A stretch of DNA of 64,000 nt from Eledone cirrhosa (taxonomy: Eukaryota). The position numbers and the translations under genes were made by a program. Every line of letters begins with the position of its first letter. Positions within the stretch are counted from its first letter, which is position 1. Shown one piece after another: positions 42,370 to 56,800 of the stretch. The notes under the pieces are model-generated. The model was not told where the DNA came from. It made no database searches and was given only the letters and a program-made list of their open reading frames with translations. The stretch spans positions 235,290,001 to 235,354,000 of the forward strand of contig OZ024741.1 in assembly GCA_964016885.1 (NCBI GenBank), in the 5' to 3' direction.

Positions 42370-42375
<6 letters not shown>
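39956..42375 (+). mobile_element. Penelope-like element with inverted 5' segment (39956-40291) and internal deletions
   Basis: Minus strand: PPLYGLRKDHK...MDVVSLYPSIN. Plus strand: RYVDDI, LPVLD and VVYSIRC...YIGETAR. A poly-G frameshift lies at about 41641. Confidence 0.9.
42127..42168 (+). ncRNA. PLE-associated minimal hammerhead motif, weak stem I
   Basis: acCA-CUGACGA-u-GUUGCA(gaug)UGCAAC-GAAAG-AU-UUA-UGau. Confidence 0.55.
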
Positions 42376-42450
<75 letters not shown>

Positions 42451-42554
42451 TCCAGCTTTCTTCTCAACAAGAAAGATGAACAAACCTGCCTCAACACTTA
42501 ATTTTAAATCTTTAATTTTTAATTTTTTTTTTATTCCATTTAATTCTAATACTC

Positions 42555-42602
42555 AACATTTGATAAGATGGATATCACTGATACATTGAAACCGGTTATA
42601 TT
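42555..42602 (+). ncRNA. Hammerhead-like motif, U3-A8 variant
   Basis: AACAU-UUGAUAA-gaug...cauu-GAAAC-CG-GUU-AUAUU. Stem I has one mismatch. Confidence 0.5.
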
Positions 42603-42749
42603 TTGTATACATTATAAAACTTTTTTTTTTTTAAATTGTCCCTCTCATTTTTTCAATAATGTTACTTTGACGAATCAAAGAAGAAAAAAAGAAAAACATC
42701 CTTAAATATATTTTCCGTGCTATTTCCAATCCCACCTTCTCTCTCTCAT

Positions 42750-43125
42750 GATCATCATCATCATCATCATCATCATCATCGAGTAACGTCCATCTTCCAC
42801 GCTAGCATGGGTTAGACGGGTTTGTTCCATTTAGAGGCAAGTAGGGTCGGTTGACCGTGTCTCGCTCATATAGGAGAGTTTCTGGCTGGTTTTCTACGGC
42901 TGGATGCTCTTCCCAACACCAACCACATTGACAGTGTGTGCTGGGTGCTTTTTACCGTGTCTTTTACACGTCCACTTTACAGTGTGGGCTGGGTGCTTTT
43001 TGTCGTGACACCTACACGAACACTCTATAGTGTGGGTTTGGTGTTTTTTACAGTGTGGACTGGGCACCTTTATCGTGTCACCGACACAACCACTTTACAG
43101 TGGAGCCTGGGCACTTTTGTCTTCG
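42750..43125 (-). mobile_element. RTE 3' UTR fragment with (GAT)n tail and internal tandem repeats of about 48 bp
   Basis: (CAT)n, then the same UTR as 553-850, with repeated ccactttacagtgtgggctgggtgcttttt. Confidence 0.8.
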
Positions 43126-43372
43126 GACTAGGGAGGGTGATGTCAGAATAGAGTCCTGCCCCGGTCATTATGATCGTACTCTGACCTGATCGTTATTGAA
43201 ATGATTGTAATGTGCCAAGAAAGTTTATACATATGGTAAAATATTGACTTTAATCCTGCTTACTTTTATTTACACTCTGCACAACTTAACTCTGAAATAC
43301 AACCCAACACGAGAAAGACCTTTGTAATAACATCAGCGAACCGCCTATAACTGTGATTACACACTTGCCTAG

Positions 43373-43446
<74 letters not shown>

Positions 43447-43701
43447 GAAATAATCCAAACACTGCTAATTATATCACATTTTAATTTACGTGAGTTTCAT
43501 CCTTAATATCAAGAGCTTAATACTAGGACTCATCAGAATTACATAAGATATAGTTGCCTTAAACATGACATTATATAAAAAAATATAACATACCAACATA
43601 ATAAGTCAGACAACGATCTACTCGTGTATGTGTGTATGTGTGTGTATATAGTTAAATCTTAGACAGGAACAAAAACAGAGAGGCAGTACAAATATGAGTT
43701 T

Positions 43702-43766
<65 letters not shown>

Positions 43767-44034
43767 ACACACACATATGAGTATATCATTGTCTAAGTTA
43801 TTATATCTCGTGAGGAAAAGTGTAGATGGTCATAATAGGAATTCTTTTGATCATCGGTTTGATTGGTCAGGGTGTGACGTGTGACTAAACAGCTACAACA
43901 ACCTGTTAACTTCTTTGATGTTGTGGCCACTGTCCTTCCTATTTAGAACAAATGAACAAAAAACATTTATGACTATGACAGCACCCACACACACGTATAT
44001 ACATACATGTGCATTGCCCTGCATTAACTACCAA

Positions 44035-44078
<44 letters not shown>

Positions 44079-45319
44079 AATATATATATATTGCCTCGTC
44101 TGACGAACGAATGAAGACGCTTCTTTCGTATTCGCCTCATTCGGGAAACCTCTGGTAATGAGGTAATTATATTGTATTGATTTTTATACATTATATATAT
44201 ATATACTTTCACACTCTCTTTCTCACACACGCACAAAACACAGCTGCACACACTCACATACTCAGACTCACACACAATAACACAGTCTCACACATACACA
44301 GAGCCCCACAATTTCCTCTCTCACACACACAGGTTCACATACACACAGATTCTCACACACACTGAGTCAACCACACACGGAGAGAATCATCTTCTCTCTC
44401 ACACACTCAGTCATACACAGACACACAGTCTCTTTCACTCTTTCTCTCTTTCTTTCTCACAAACACAAAATGTCCCTCTCTCACGCACACAATCATACAC
44501 AGACACCCAGTGTGATCTTCTCTCTCTCCCTCCACACACATAAAGTTATTCACATACAGGGTTTCTCTCTCCCTTCTCTCACTCGTTCACACATACTGAA
44601 TCTTCTCTCTCCATCACACACATACAGTCATATACAGTTTCGTTCTCTCGCTCTTATACAGTCATACACACAAACCTATACACAGTCAACCCTCTCTCAC
44701 ATACATACATACATACATACATATTAGTCTCATTCACATACACACAAAATGTCATCATCATTTAAGCCAGTGTCTGTCATCACTACACCAACTTCCTGTC
44801 ACCGTCCTCTGCAGTGAAGAGACTGCAGCAAACATGTGCAGCATCGATTAAACCTGCCTTGTTGCATGTAATGTCACAGATTGGTGCCCTTGTTGCACTC
44901 ACTACTACTGCAGTTACCATGGTTACACTCTCTAACACATTCCCACTATTGTCCATCCATTGATGTGACGATCAGTCATGGCTGGTGCCTTCGGGCTGCT
45001 GCTGCTGCTATGGTTACAGACATCACTACAACTAGAGGAACCTTAAAGGTCATGCAACAAGCTAGAAATAGAGGTTAATCTATTTCAAATAATATCCATA
45101 TATAGCTAAAACAAAAACTGGAATGAGACTTTAGGTAACGTAGTCCTAGATATACTTTGCCAGGGAACAGGAATAACTTTAGATCTGACACCACAAATAT
45201 ACACATTGACAGGGTGTCACTGTTTATTTCACCATTGTACCACTGCCTCACTCAATATAGTACCATTGTGTCAGTGAGTACCACACCACTGACTAGTGTG
45301 TTACTGTGTATCATACCAC

Positions 45320-45600
45320 ACCCCTGTTACTGCCTACACCATTGTCTACCACCTCATTATCTAACACACCACACCAGAGTCTATCACACCACACCACGCC
45401 ACTGTCTACCACCTCATTATCTAACACACCACACCAGAGTCTATCACACCACACCACACCACTGTCTACCACCTCATTATCTAACACACCACACCAGAGT
45501 CTATCACATCACTACACCACACCACACCACACCACACCACACCACGCCACTGTCTACCACCTCAATAATCTAACATACCACACCTGAGTCTATCACATCA
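45320..45600. repeat. 60-bp minisatellite (about 4 copies)
   Basis: ctaacacaccacaccagagtctatcaca...actgtctaccacctcattat at 45361, 45421 and 45481, with a diverged copy at about 45570. Confidence 0.9.
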
Positions 45601-46808
45601 CTACACCACACCACACCACACTACACTACACCACACCACACCACACCACACCACACACCACATTACACCACACTACACTACACCACACCCCACCACATTA
45701 CACTACACCACATTACACTACACCACACCACACTACACCACACCCCACCACATTACGCTGCACTACACTACACTACACCACACCACATTACACCACACCA
45801 CACTACACTACACTAGACTATACTACACTAGACTACACTACACCACACTATACCACACCACACCCCACTACACCACACCACATTACACCACACCACACGA
45901 CACTACACTACACCACACCACACCACACTACACTACACTACGCCACACCACATTACACCACACCACACTACACCACACCACACTCCACCACACCACATTA
46001 CACCACACCACACTACACTCCACCACACGACACTACACCACATTACACCACACCCCCACCACATTACACTGCACTACACTACACCACACCACATTACACC
46101 CCACTACACTACACCACACTACACCACACCACACCAAACCATATTACACCACACTACACCACACCACACTACACCACACTATACCACACCACACCACACT
46201 ACACTACACCACACTACACTACACCACATTACACCACACTATACCACACCACACCCCACTACACCACACCACATTACACCACACCACACTACACCACACC
46301 ACACTACACCACACCACGCTACACTACACCACACCACACCAAACCACATTACACCACACTACACCACACTATACCACACCACACCACACTACACTACACC
46401 ACACCACACCACACTATACCACACCACACCCCACTACACCACACCACATTACACCACACCACACTACACTACACGACACTACACTACACCACACTACACT
46501 ACACTACACCACATAACACCACACCACACTACACCACATTACACCACACCACACTACACCACACCCCCACCACATTACACCACACTACACTACACCACAC
46601 CACACTACATTACACCACACTACACTACACCACATTACACCACACCACATTACACCACACTACATTACACTACACTACACCACACCACACTACATCACAC
46701 CACACCACACTACACCACACCACTCTACACTACACTACACTACACCACACTACAGCACCCACACCACACTACACCACACCACACCGCACCACACACACTA
46801 CACCACAC
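45600..46808. repeat. Mixed pentamer microsatellite (CACCA/CACTA/CATTA)n
   Basis: Visible directly. Confidence 0.95.
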
Positions 46809-47233
46809 AACAGTCTACCACTGCCCATCCTAGATATTTTACCGTCACCTCCACCATGCAACCATACATATGAACTCTGATCCTTTTATCCTGCCCCCCC
46901 CCCCCCCTGCATGTCTAATCTACTAACTTTACTGTCTCCCTCCCCGCCACACCTCTGCCCCCATCACCCCATCTGCTCTTCTCTCTCCCACCACTTCTAA
47001 TATGACATACTTACCACCTTCACCAAACTTATCTCTCCTCCCACTAGAACCTTCCTCTGTTGTGTACTTTACAATACATAATACGACCAGAACATAGTTT
47101 AACCTTTGACCTGTTTACAACCCTACCCCTTCCTACACTCCACCAACCCACTCCTACTCTCACAACAGGGAACCTTTAGAAATGTCTGAATAACAACGAT
47201 AGTGACAACAACAACAGCAATAGTAATAACAAC

Positions 47234-47870
47234 CTAAAAACCATTAATCTGGATATGGAATATTACGCGATGGGGCCTCCCCACAGCCCCGGCGGACAGG
47301 ATGGAGAAGGCGTTCCCACGGAGGAGGGCAAGGGAGATGCACTGGAAAAGCCACTCCAACTCGCGGGGTTTACACCTGCGGCTGGTCAGCTCAGCACTTA
47401 TGGTGGTGAGTAGGGAGGTAGCCCTAGGGCCGAGGACACCAGAAGTATCCACTGCCAGGGGTACAACCGCAAACCTGTCGGAGAGCGACCGGTATTTGAG
47501 GAGCTTGGCTCCTCAGCCCGAACCTGGGTTAGTAGCAGACTGCACCAGGTTGCGGCTGCAGAGAGTGTTGGTGCAAGTAGCATCCCAAACGAGGGGTTTG
47601 CCACTGCGGAACGGGAAGATGGTCATGCCATCTGGCCTTTTGCGGTCCCCTCGGTTCAGCCCCACCGGCTGGAGCTGGGAATGGAAGCCCGCAGTGTCCA
47701 AGCCATGCTTTATGACCTCGTTGAGGGCAGCATGGCGTGGAAGGCGGCCGGCACTGTGGCGACAGGAAAGCGGGTGGAGGCTGAAAGAGTCCACGGTGAA
47801 TCCACAACGATAGTGGTGTGACGCGCAGATCTGGAGGCTGAGCCTCAGGGAAACGCCGATGCCCAGGCGA
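47234..47870 (-). mobile_element. 5'-truncated CRE-like non-LTR retrotransposon (CCHC plus restriction-like endonuclease)
   Basis: RCG...HPLSCR...RHAALNEVIK, KRPDGMTIFPF...LVWDATC, PLAVDTSGVLG and ISLALLRGNA, with one frameshift. Candidate TSD AATAACAAC at 47225-47233 and 47871-47879. Confidence 0.8.
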
Positions 47871-50800
47871 AATAACAACTAGGACATCAACAGCCACAAC
47901 AATAGTGACAACAACAAAAGCAGCAATAGTAATAACAATAACAACTAGGACATCAACAGCCACAACAATAGTGACAACAACAACAACAGCAATAGTAATA
48001 ACAATAACAACTAGGACATCAACAGCCACAACAATAGTGACAACAACAACAACAACAGCAATAGTAATAACAATAACAACTAGGACATCAACAGCCACAA
48101 CAATAGTGACAACAACAACAACAGCAATAGTAATAACAATAACAACTAGGACATCAACAGCCACAACAATAGTGACAACAACAACAACAACAGCAATAGT
48201 AATAACAATAACAACTAGGACATCAACAGCCACAACAATAGTGACAACAACAACAACAGCAATAGTAATAACAATAACAACTAGGACATCAACAGCCACA
48301 ACAATAGTGACAACAACAACAACAACAGCAATAGTAATAACAATAACAACTAGGACATCAACAGCCACAACAATAGTGACAACAACAACAACAACAGCAA
48401 TAGTAATAACAATAACAGCTAGGACATCAACAGCCACAACAATAGTGACAACAACAACAACAGCAATAGTAATAACAATAACAACTAGGACATCAACAGC
48501 CACAACAATAGTGACAACAACAACAGCAGTAGTAATAACAATAAATACTAGGACATCAACAGCCACAACAATAGTGACAACAACAACAACAGCAATAGTA
48601 ATAACAGTAACAACTGGGATATCAACAACAACAACAGCAATAGTAATAACAGTAACAACTAGGACATCAACAGCCACAACAATAGTGACAACAACAACAG
48701 CATTAGTAATAACAATAACAACTAGGACATCAACAGCCACAACAATAGTGACAACAACAACAACAGCAATAGTAATAACAATAACAACTAGGACATCAAC
48801 AGCCACAACAATAGTGACAACAACAACAACAGCAATAGTAATAACAATAACAACTAGGACATCAACAGCCACAACAATAGTGACAACAGCAACAACAGCA
48901 ATAGTAATAACAATAACAACTAGGACATCAACAGCCACAACAATAGTGACAACAACAACAACAGCAATAGTAATAACAATAACAACTAGGACATCAACCG
49001 CCACAACAATAGTGACAACAGCAACAACAGCAATAGTAATAACAATAACAACTAGGACATCAACAGCCACAACAATAGTGACAACAACAACAACAGCAAT
49101 AGTAATAACAATAACAACTAGGACATCAACAGCCACAACAATAGTGACAACAGCAACAACAGCAATAGTAATAACAATAACAACTAGGACATCAACAGCC
49201 ACAACAATAGTGACAACAACAACAACAACAATAGTAATAACAATAACAACTAGGACATCAACCGCCACAACAATAGTGACAACAGCAACAACAGCAATAG
49301 TAATAACAATAACAACTAGGACATCAACAGCCACAACAATAGTGACAACAACAACAACAACATCAATAGTAATAACAATAACAACTCGGACATCAACAGC
49401 CACAACAATAGTGACAACAACAACAGCAATAGTAATAACAATAACAACTAGGAAATCAACAGCCACAACAATAGTGACAACAACAACAACAGCAATAGTA
49501 ATAACAATAACAACTAGGACATCAACAGCCACAACAATATTGACAACAACAACAACAGCAATAGTAATAACAATAACAACTAGCACATCAACAGCCACAA
49601 CAATAGTGACAACAACAACAACAGCAATAGTAATAACAATAACAACTAGGACATCAACAGCCACAACAATAGTGACAACAACAACAGCAGCAATAGTAAT
49701 AACAATAACAACTAGGACATCAACAGCCACAACAATAGTGACAACAACAACAGCAGCAATAGTAATAACAATAACAACTAGGACATCAACAGCCACAACA
49801 ATAGTGACAACAGCAACAACAGCAATAGTAATAACAATAACAACTAGGACATCAACAGCCACAACAATAGTGACAACAACAACAACAGCAATAGTAATAA
49901 CAAAAACAACTAGGACATCAACAGCCACAACAATAGTGACAACAACAACAACAGGAATAGTAATAACAATAACAACTAGGACATCAACAGCCACAACAAT
50001 AGTGACAACAACAACAGCAATAGTAATAACAAAAACAACTAGGACATCAACAGCCACAACAATAGTGACAACAACAACAGCAGGAATAGTAATAACAATA
50101 ACAACTAGGACATCAACAGCCACAACAATAGTGACAACAACAACAGCAATAGTAATAACAAAAACAACTAGGACATCAACAGCCACAACAATAGTGACAA
50201 CAACAACAACAGCAATAGTAATAACAATAACAACTAGGACATCAACAGCCACAACAATAGTGACAACAACAACAGCAATAGTAATAACAATAACAACTAG
50301 GACATCAACAGCCACAACAATAGTGACAACAGCAACAACAGCAATAGTAATAACAATAACAACTAGGACATCAACAGCCACAACAATAGTGACAACAACA
50401 ACAACAGCAATAGTAATAACAATAACAACTAGGACATCAACAGCCACAACAATAGTGACAACAACAACAACAGCAATAGTAATAACAATAACAACTAGGA
50501 CAACAACAGCCACAACAATAGTGACAACAACAACAACAGCAATAGTAATAACAAAAACAACTAGGACATCAACAGCCACAACAATAGTGACAACAACAAC
50601 AGCAATAGTAATAACAAAAACAACTAGGACATCAACAGCCACAACAATAGTGACAACAACAACAGCAATAGTAATAACAATAACTAGGACATCAACAGCC
50701 ACAACAATAGTGACAACAACAACAGCAATAGTAATAACAATAACTAGGACATCAACAGCCACAACAATAGTGACAACAACAACAGCAGCAATAGTAATAA

Positions 50801-53800
50801 CAATAACAACTAGGACATCAACAGCCACAACAATAGTGACAACAACAACAGCAGCAATAGTAATAACAATAACAACTAGGACATCAACAGCCACAACAAT
50901 AGTGACAACAGCAACAACAGCAATAGTAATAACAATAACAACTAGGACATCAACAGCCACAACAATAGTGACAACAACAACAACAGCAATAGTAATAACA
51001 AAAACAACTAGGACATCAACAGCCACAACAATAGTGACAACAACAACAACAGGAATAGTAATAACAATAACAACTAGGACATCAACAGCCACAACAATAG
51101 TGACAACAACAACAGCAATAGTAATAACAAAAACAACTAGGACATCAACAGCCACAACAATAGTGACAACAACAACAGCAGGAATAGTAATAACAATAAC
51201 AACTAGGACATCAACAGCCACAACAATAGTGACAACAACAACAGCAATAGTAATAACAAAAACAACTAGGACATCAACAGCCACAACAATAGTGACAACA
51301 ACAACAACAGCAATAGTAATAACAATAACAACTAGGACATCAACAGCCACAACAATAGTGACAACAACAACAGCAATAGTAATAACAATAACAACTAGGA
51401 CATCAACAGCCACAACAATAGTGACAACAACAACAACAGCAATAGTAATAACAATAACAACTAGGACATCAACAGCCACAACAATAGTGACAACAACAAC
51501 AACAACAGCAATAGTAATAACAATAACAACTAGGACATCAACAGCCACAACAATAGTGACAACAACAACAACAACAGCAATAGTAATAACAATAACAGCT
51601 AGGACATCAACAGCCACAACAATAGTGACAACAACAACAACAGCAATAGTAATAACAATAACAACTAGGACATCAACAGCCACAACAATAGTGACAACAA
51701 CAACAGCAGTAGTAATAACAATAAATACTAGGACATCAACAGCCACAACAATAGTGACAACAACAACAACAGCAATAGTAATAACAGTAACAACTGGGAT
51801 ATCAACAACAACAACAGCAATAGTAATAACAGTAACAACTAGGACATCAACAGCCACAACAATAGTGACAACAACAACAGCATTAGTAATAACAATAACA
51901 ACTAGGACATCAACAGCCACAACAATAGTGACAACAACAACAACAGCAATAGTAATAACAATAACAACTAGGACATCAACAGCCACAACAATAGTGACAA
52001 CAACAACAACAGCAATAGTAATAACAATAACAACTAGGACATCAACAGCCACAACAATAGTGACAACAGCAACAACAGCAATAGTAATAACAATAACAAC
52101 TAGGACATCAACAGCCACAACAATAGTGACAACAACAACAACAGCAATAGTAATAACAATAACAACTAGGACATCAACCGCCACAACAATAGTGACAACA
52201 GCAACAACAGCAATAGTAATAACAATAACAACTAGGACATCAACAGCCACAACAATAGTGACAACAACAACAACAGCAATAGTAATAACAATAACAACTA
52301 GGACATCAACAGCCACAACAATAGTGACAACAGCAACAACAGCAATAGTAATAACAATAACAACTAGGACATCAACAGCCACAACAATAGTGACAACAAC
52401 AACAACAGCAATAGTAATAACAATAACAACTAGGACATCAACCGCCACAACAATAGTGACAACAGCAACAACAGCAATAGTAATAACAATAACAACTAGG
52501 ACATCAACAGCCACAACAATAGTGACAACAACAACAACAACATCAATAGTAATAACAATAACAACTCGGACATCAACAGCCACAACAATAGTGACAACAA
52601 CAACAGCAATAGTAATAACAATAACAACTAGGAAATCAACAGCCACAACAATAGTGACAACAACAACAACAGCAATAGTAATAACAATAACAACTAGGAC
52701 ATCAACAGCCACAACAATATTGACAACAACAACAACAGCAATAGTAATAACAATAACAACTAGCACATCAACAGCCACAACAATAGTGACAACAACAACA
52801 ACAGCAATAGTAATAACAATAACAACTAGGACATCAACAGCCACAACAATAGTGACAACAACAACAGCAGCAATAGTAATAACAATAACAACTAGGACAT
52901 CAACAGCCACAACAATAGTGACAACAACAACAGCAGCAATAGTAATAACAATAACAACTAGGACATCAACAGCCACAACAATAGTGACAACAGCAACAAC
53001 AGCAATAGTAATAACAATAACAACTAGGACATCAACAGCCACAACAATAGTGACAACAACAACAACAGCAATAGTAATAACAAAAACAACTAGGACATCA
53101 ACAGCCACAACAATAGTGACAACAACAACAACAGGAATAGTAATAACAATAACAACTAGGACATCAACAGCCACAACAATAGTGACAACAACAACAGCAA
53201 TAGTAATAACAAAAACAACTAGGACATCAACAGCCACAACAATAGTGACAACAACAACAGCAGGAATAGTAATAACAATAACAACTAGGACATCAACAGC
53301 CACAACAATAGTGACAACAACAACAGCAATAGTAATAACAAAAACAACTAGGACATCAACAGCCACAACAATAGTGACAACAACAACAACAGCAATAGTA
53401 ATAACAATAACAACTAGGACATCAACAGCCACAACAATAGTGACAACAACAACAGCAATAGTAATAACAATAACAACTAGGACATCAACAGCCACAACAA
53501 TAGTGACAACAACAACAACAGCAATAGTAATAACAATAACAACTAGGACATCAACAGCCACAACAATAGTGACAACAACAACAACAACAGCAATAGTAAT
53601 AACAATAACAACTAGGACATCAACAGCCACAACAATAGTGACAACAACAACAACAACAGCAATAGTAATAACAATAACAGCTAGGACATCAACAGCCACA
53701 ACAATAGTGACAACAACAACAACAGCAATAGTAATAACAATAACAACTAGGACATCAACAGCCACAACAATAGTGACAACAACAACAGCAGTAGTAATAA

Positions 53801-56800
53801 CAATAAATACTAGGACATCAACAGCCACAACAATAGTGACAACAACAACAACAGCAATAGTAATAACAGTAACAACTGGGATATCAACAACAACAACAGC
53901 AATAGTAATAACAGTAACAACTAGGACATCAACAGCCACAACAATAGTGACAACAACAACAGCATTAGTAATAACAATAACAACTAGGACATCAACAGCC
54001 ACAACAATAGTGACAACAACAACAACAGCAATAGTAATAACAATAACAACTAGGACATCAACAGCCACAACAATAGTGACAACAACAACAACAGCAATAG
54101 TAATAACAATAACAACTAGGACATCAACAGCCACAACAATAGTGACAACAGCAACAACAGCAATAGTAATAACAATAACAACTAGGACATCAACAGCCAC
54201 AACAATAGTGACAACAACAACAACAGCAATAGTAATAACAATAACAACTAGGACATCAACCGCCACAACAATAGTGACAACAGCAACAACAGCAATAGTA
54301 ATAACAATAACAACTAGGACATCAACAGCCACAACAATAGTGACAACAACAACAACAGCAATAGTAATAACAATAACAACTAGGACATCAACAGCCACAA
54401 CAATAGTGACAACAGCAACAACAGCAATAGTAATAACAATAACAACTAGGACATCAACAGCCACAACAATAGTGACAACAACAACAACAGCAATAGTAAT
54501 AACAATAACAACTAGGACATCAACCGCCACAACAATAGTGACAACAGCAACAACAGCAATAGTAATAACAATAACAACTAGGACATCAACAGCCACAACA
54601 ATAGTGACAACAACAACAACAACATCAATAGTAATAACAATAACAACTCGGACATCAACAGCCACAACAATAGTGACAACAACAACAGCAATAGTAATAA
54701 CAATAACAACTAGGAAATCAACAGCCACAACAATAGTGACAACAACAACAACAGCAATAGTAATAACAATAACAACTAGGACATCAACAGCCACAACAAT
54801 ATTGACAACAACAACAACAGCAATAGTAATAACAATAACAACTAGCACATCAACAGCCACAACAATAGTGACAACAACAACAACAGCAATAGTAATAACA
54901 ATAACAACTAGGACATCAACAGCCACAACAATAGTGACAACAACAACAGCAGCAATAGTAATAACAATAACAACTAGGACATCAACAGCCACAACAATAG
55001 TGACAACAACAACAGCAGCAATAGTAATAACAATAACAACTAGGACATCAACAGCCACAACAATAGTGACAACAGCAACAACAGCAATAGTAATAACAAT
55101 AACAACTAGGACATCAACAGCCACAACAATAGTGACAACAACAACAACAGCAATAGTAATAACAAAAACAACTAGGACATCAACAGCCACAACAATAGTG
55201 ACAACAACAACAACAGGAATAGTAATAACAATAACAACTAGGACATCAACAGCCACAACAATAGTGACAACAACAACAGCAATAGTAATAACAAAAACAA
55301 CTAGGAGATCAACAGCCACAACAATAGTGACAACAACAACAGCAGGAATAGTAATAACAATAACAACTAGGACATCAACAGCCACAACAATAGTGACAAC
55401 AACAACAGCAATAGTAATAACAAAAACAACTAGGACATCAACAGCCACAACAATAGTGACAACAACAACAACAGCAATAGTAATAACAATAACAACTAGG
55501 ACATCAACAGCCACAACAATAGTGACAACAACAACAGCAATAGTAATAACAATAACAACTAGGACATCAACAGCCACAACAATAGTGACAACAACAACAA
55601 CAGCAATAGTAATAACAATAACAACTAGGACATCAACAGCCACAACAATAGTGACAACAACAACAACAACAGCAATAGTAATAACAATAACAACTAGGAC
55701 ATCAACAGCCACAACAATAGTGACAACAACAACAACAACAGCAATAGTAATAACAATAACAGCTAGGACATCAACAGCCACAACAATAGTGACAACAACA
55801 ACAACAGCAATAGTAATAACAATAACAACTAGGACATCAACAGCCACAACAATAGTGACAACAACAACAGCAGTAGTAATAACAATAAATACTAGGACAT
55901 CAACAGCCACAACAATAGTGACAACAACAACAACAGCAATAGTAATAACAGTAACAACTGGGATATCAACAACAACAACAGCAATAGTAATAACAGTAAC
56001 AACTAGGACATCAACAGCCACAACAATAGTGACAACAACAACAGCATTAGTAATAACAATAACAACTAGGACATCAACAGCCACAACAATAGTGACAACA
56101 ACAACAACAGCAATAGTAATAACAATAACAACTAGGACATCAACAGCCACAACAATAGTGACAACAACAACAACAGCAATAGTAATAACAATAACAACTA
56201 GGACATCAACAGCCACAACAATAGTGACAACAGCAACAACAGCAATAGTAATAACAATAACAACTAGGACATCAACAGCCACAACAATAGTGACAACAAC
56301 AACAACAGCAATAGTAATAACAATAACAACTAGGACATCAACCGCCACAACAATAGTGACAACAGCAACAACAGCAATAGTAATAACAATAACAACTAGG
56401 ACATCAACAGCCACAACAATAGTGACAACAACAACAACAGCAATAGTAATAACAATAACAACTAGGACATCAACAGCCACAACAATAGTGACAACAGCAA
56501 CAACAGCAATAGTAATAACAATAACAACTAGGACATCAACAGCCACAACAATAGTGACAACAACAACAACAGCAATAGTAATAACAATAACAACTAGGAC
56601 ATCAACCGCCACAACAATAGTGACAACAGCAACAACAGCAATAGTAATAACAATAACAACTAGGACATCAACAGCCACAACAATAGTGACAACAACAACA
56701 ACAACATCAATAGTAATAACAATAACAACTCGGACATCAACAGCCACAACAATAGTGACAACAACAACAGCAATAGTAATAACAATAACAACTAGGAAAT

